Position numbers and translations under genes: made by a program
In this document: positions 60,996-64,000 of the stretch, one piece after another
How the letters are laid out: each line of letters opens with the position of its first letter
Numbering within the stretch: position 1 is the stretch's first letter
The notes under the pieces: generated by a model
Database searches by the model: none
Seen by the model: only the letters and a program-made list of their open reading frames with translations
What the model was told of the DNA's origin: nothing
Source of the DNA: Saprospirales bacterium
GTDB lineage: Bacteria; Bacteroidota; Bacteroidia; Chitinophagales; Saprospiraceae
Direction: 5' to 3'
DNA length: 64,000 bases
NCBI GenBank assembly: GCA_007695035.1
Contig: REEO01000025.1
Coordinates: forward strand, 329-64,328

Positions 60996-61412
60996 ATGGC
61001 ATAACTAAAGACAAAGCAAAATGAAGAGAGTGTGCTGGATTTTTTGAATTCAGTAGAAGATGAGCAAAGAAGAGAGGATTGAAGGGAACTGTTGAAGCTA
61101 TTCACTGAAGTGACCGGTGAAACTCCTAAAATGTGTGGCAATAGCATTTTCGGTTTGGGAAGTTATCACTACAAATACAACATCGGACGTGAGGGCGACT
61201 GGTTCCTCACCGGTTTTTCACCGAGAAAGCAAAACCTTACAATCTATATAATAGCGGGGTTTAGTGAATATGGTGATATTGTGGAAAACCTCGGCAAGTT
61301 TAAAACAAGTTCATCCTGCCTGTATGTAAAAAAGCTGTCGGACATTGATGCCGACAAGCTAAAAACGCTGGTTAAAAAATCTGTAGGTGATATTAAGAAG
61401 CGGTATGGATAG
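60996..61412 (+). pseudogene. DUF1801 family pseudogene
   Basis: MA*LKTKQNEESV...RRED*RELL...GSYHYKY..GREGDWFLTGFSPRK; in-frame stops at 61002 and 61080. Confidence 0.88.
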
Positions 61413-61789
61413 AAGCGCATTAATTATTTTAGCCTGACTCTGATAAGGGGTTATTAGAGCCTTTTCATTGTAAGCAAGCAGCTTGCACTCCTCCCAGCGA
61501 ATGACTTTATGCGGATCGATGGTTTTAGCTACACCCAGATGCCGTAATTTTCGCAAACTGTTTACTTTCAGCAAACCAAACACTTCCCTACGAATCTCTA
61601 CTAATTACCGTGCACCATCTTAGGTTCCTCAGGGAGACCCGCCCCGGGAATTGCCCGCTTCTATTTATTGGTTGTTAGTGGAGTAAAATCCATACCTTTG
61701 AACCTGCAATCCTTCCCGCCCAGGTGGTGGTGAATTGTCCGTGTTTTGATTTAAATGACTCGGTGATTTTTTTGTCAATAGCTGCTGAA

Positions 61790-62707
61790 ATGATCAAACT
61801 GGTGCAGAGGAGTAATCTGAATTTGGAGGCATACAATCGGGTGGTGACCGGGTGCTCCTCGGGACTACCGTATGCCGAGTCCTGGTTTTTAGATGCACTG
61901 GTAGGTGGAAACTGGAAGGTTTTGGTAAGTGGGGATTTCGAAGCGGTAATGCCTGTTCCTGTCAAGCGCTCCGCCAGACATTTTTTTAAAAGGATAATCG
62001 CCCAGCCCATCATGTGTCAACAGTTGGGTGTATATGGTTTCAGTGAAGCTCCCCACACCGGGTTTTCGGATCTCTATCAGCAATTGTACAATATGAGACC
62101 CTTTGGGTATTCATTCAATTTTCATGAAGAACCACCGGAGGCTCCCCCTGGATTGAATTTGGTAAAAATGCCCAATTATGTGATTCCCCTGAATAAACCT
62201 CATATGGAATTGTACGATGGTTACTCCACCAATCTCCGGCGGAATTTGCGGAAAGCACAAAAGGCCGGCCTGAGGTTTGTGTTTAGCAGGGATGAGAAGC
62301 TAGCAGGGGATTTGATTCGGTTAAAAAATGGTGCAGGGCGACCCGTGGGACAGTGGTTTAAATTGGGAAGTCGGAAACCTGTAAAATATGGTAAACCGGC
62401 CCTGCGGTTGATGGAGGCTGCCATAGAGAGGGAAAAAGGATTTTTTGCTAAAGTGTTCCTGGACCGTGAACTCTTGAGTATTGCATTTTTTGTAAAAACC
62501 AGTACGCGCCTGGTCTATTTGATTGCAGCCACCCAACCCGGGGGTAAAGCTTTGGGGGCCGGTCATTTTTTGGTTGATGGGGTAATAAAAAAGTATGCGG
62601 GAAGAAGGGTAGTATTGGATTTTGAAGGGTCGAAAGTGCCTGGAATAGCGAGGTTTTTTAAAATGTTTGGCTCTGTTGAACAGCCGTACCATCACCTGTA
62701 CCAATGA
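61790..62707 (+). CDS. GNAT/FemAB-like acyltransferase
   Basis: QQLG, YSTNLRRNLRKA, LDFEGS..GIARFFKMFG. Confidence 0.8.
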   Translation: MIKLVQRSNLNLEAYNRVVTGCSSGLPYAESWFLDALVGGNWKVLVSGDFEAVMPVPVKRSARHFFKRIIAQPIMCQQLGVYGFSEAPHTGFSDLYQQLYNMRPFGYSFNFHEEPPEAPPGLNLVKMPNYVIPLNKPHMELYDGYSTNLRRNLRKAQKAGLRFVFSRDEKLAGDLIRLKNGAGRPVGQWFKLGSRKPVKYGKPALRLMEAAIEREKGFFAKVFLDRELLSIAFFVKTSTRLVYLIAATQPGGKALGAGHFLVDGVIKKYAGRRVVLDFEGSKVPGIARFFKMFGSVEQPYHHLYQ

Positions 62708-63654
62708 ATAAACTCCTTGACATGTTGATTGACCTGAGCAAACGGCCTTTGTTTATTCCCTTTTATCACGCTGTCAGCGATACAGTCGCCCCCCACTACA
62801 AGAATCTTTACCAGCCCAGAGGGGAGGTTGAGTTTGAAAGAGACCTGGATTGTTTTCTGCGCCATTTTGAACCCCTTTCACTGGACGATTTTGCGCGGGT
62901 AAAAAACAATCCGGGAAAAGGGCGTTACTGCCTGATCACATTTGACGATGGATTGTCGGAGGTTTACGAGTATGCATTCCCGGTTCTTCAGCGCAAAAAA
63001 GTGCCGGCAGTCGTTTTTCTCAATCCCCGCTTTGTGGACAATCGCGGACTTTTTTACCGGTACAAAGTCAGTATTCTCATTGAGGAATTGAGAGCCCGTT
63101 CATTTGAAGGGTATTCCGATTGGATGCAGGAGACGGGAGGTGATTTTGAAACAGCAGAAAAAAATTTGTTGTCGCTGGGATACGGCCAAACAGGAAAAAT
63201 AGACCACATTGCCCAATTGATGGGTGTGAGTTTCGCCAATTACCTCCAGTCTGAACAACCCTATTTGACCATGCCCCGGGTCAGGGAAATGAAGGGCGCA
63301 GGCATTCAATTCGGAGGACATTCGATGGACCATCCTTTTTTCGCGGACCTCGGGCTCAAAGCGCAGCTCCAACAGGCCAATGAAAGCATGGACTGGGTCT
63401 GTGAAAAGGTCGGTGAGACGATACGGGCATTTGCCTTTCCCTTTTCCGATGAAGGGGTAAAAAAAACCTTTTTTGAACAGCTTAATGCAGATTTTACCTT
63501 TGGCACTGCCAAAATTAAGGTGGACGATGCGAAAAATCACTACCAGCGACTTTCCATGGAGGTCGATAATAAAAGCGCCGGGCAAATTTTACTCCGTGAA
63601 TTCACAAACTACCAACTGAAACGACTATTCGGCAGACATCGGATCAAGAGGTAA
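62704..63654 (+). CDS. polysaccharide deacetylase family protein
   Basis: FYH, ITFDDG, GGHSMDHP, FAFPF; ATGA overlap with the upstream gene. Confidence 0.9.
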   Translation: MNKLLDMLIDLSKRPLFIPFYHAVSDTVAPHYKNLYQPRGEVEFERDLDCFLRHFEPLSLDDFARVKNNPGKGRYCLITFDDGLSEVYEYAFPVLQRKKVPAVVFLNPRFVDNRGLFYRYKVSILIEELRARSFEGYSDWMQETGGDFETAEKNLLSLGYGQTGKIDHIAQLMGVSFANYLQSEQPYLTMPRVREMKGAGIQFGGHSMDHPFFADLGLKAQLQQANESMDWVCEKVGETIRAFAFPFSDEGVKKTFFEQLNADFTFGTAKIKVDDAKNHYQRLSMEVDNKSAGQILLREFTNYQLKRLFGRHRIKR

Positions 63655-63702
63655 TTAGGATTTCGATGGGGTCATGCCCCGGGTTGAGAACTTCAAAATC
63701 CA

Positions 63703-64000
63703 TTAATTTCCCTCCGCGAGAGGCAATACCTTGTTGTAAAACCTATTGATCTGACTTTCCTCAATACTGGCATGCGACATGGAATTGACGGCCTCCCCAT
63801 TTACGAGGCAGATTAACTGAGGTGACTGGTGGGGAACGCCTGACTTACTGCTGATGGTATTTGAAAGCGGCCGATGGGCGATAAGGTCCAGAAAAAATAC
63901 CAATACCTTTTTTTCTCTGTTCGAGTACCAGTTGATTAGTTCGTCCAAAGCCTGGTGGCTAATACCGCAGCGGGTACTGTGTTTAAAAAGGAACACGGGG
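63703..64000 (-). CDS. ytxJ: bacillithiol-system redox protein YtxJ/BrxC (5' end outside window)
   Basis: FKHSTRCGIS, LDLIAHR, HQSPQ. Confidence 0.88.
   Translation of the reverse strand, partial: PVFLFKHSTRCGISHQALDELINWYSNREKKVLVFFLDLIAHRPLSNTISSKSGVPHQSPQLICLVNGEAVNSMSHASIEESQINRFYNKVLPLAEGN

Noticed and set aside
60996..61092. Stop-codon reassignment or selenocysteine
   Set aside because: Both TAA and TGA interrupt the frame, and TGA ends many normal genes in this window.

Overview
Bacterial chromosomal window, very likely Bacteroidota. Evidence: TTTG-N19-21-TAnnTTTG promoters, A-rich start contexts without Shine-Dalgarno sites, T9SS C-terminal domains and CPSKY-type CcmE. A Saprospirales-like origin is only an impression. 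Most of the window is housekeeping and envelope genes: prmA, folD, Fe-S photolyase, nrdJ, mnmA, rimM, nupC/udk, ccmEF, ftsE, an M16 peptidase pair, lemA/DUF2207, a GbsR-regulated Lol-like ABC operon, rpmA/rplU, a patatin-barrel protein, ALDH7, galE, ompA, a secreted PAD/agmatine deiminase, ytxJ and three tRNAs. Two stretches are not explained by the ORF track. (1) Positions 1-1000 hold three TAnnTTTG promoters (two with a properly spaced -33), several terminators, a 21-aa hydrophobic/acidic micropeptide and probable paralogous small RNAs. (2) Positions ~56.7-61.6 kb are a decaying accessory island: a lipoprotein with a Cys-rich FWG...FWI tail followed by intact and broken CarboxypepD_reg-like partner genes, an orphan HipB with three operators exactly 40 bp apart in front of a HipA-N/HipS relic, and a DUF1801 pseudogene. 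No CRISPR array, integrase, transposase or rRNA was found. All family assignments come from motifs recognised by eye; no searches were run.
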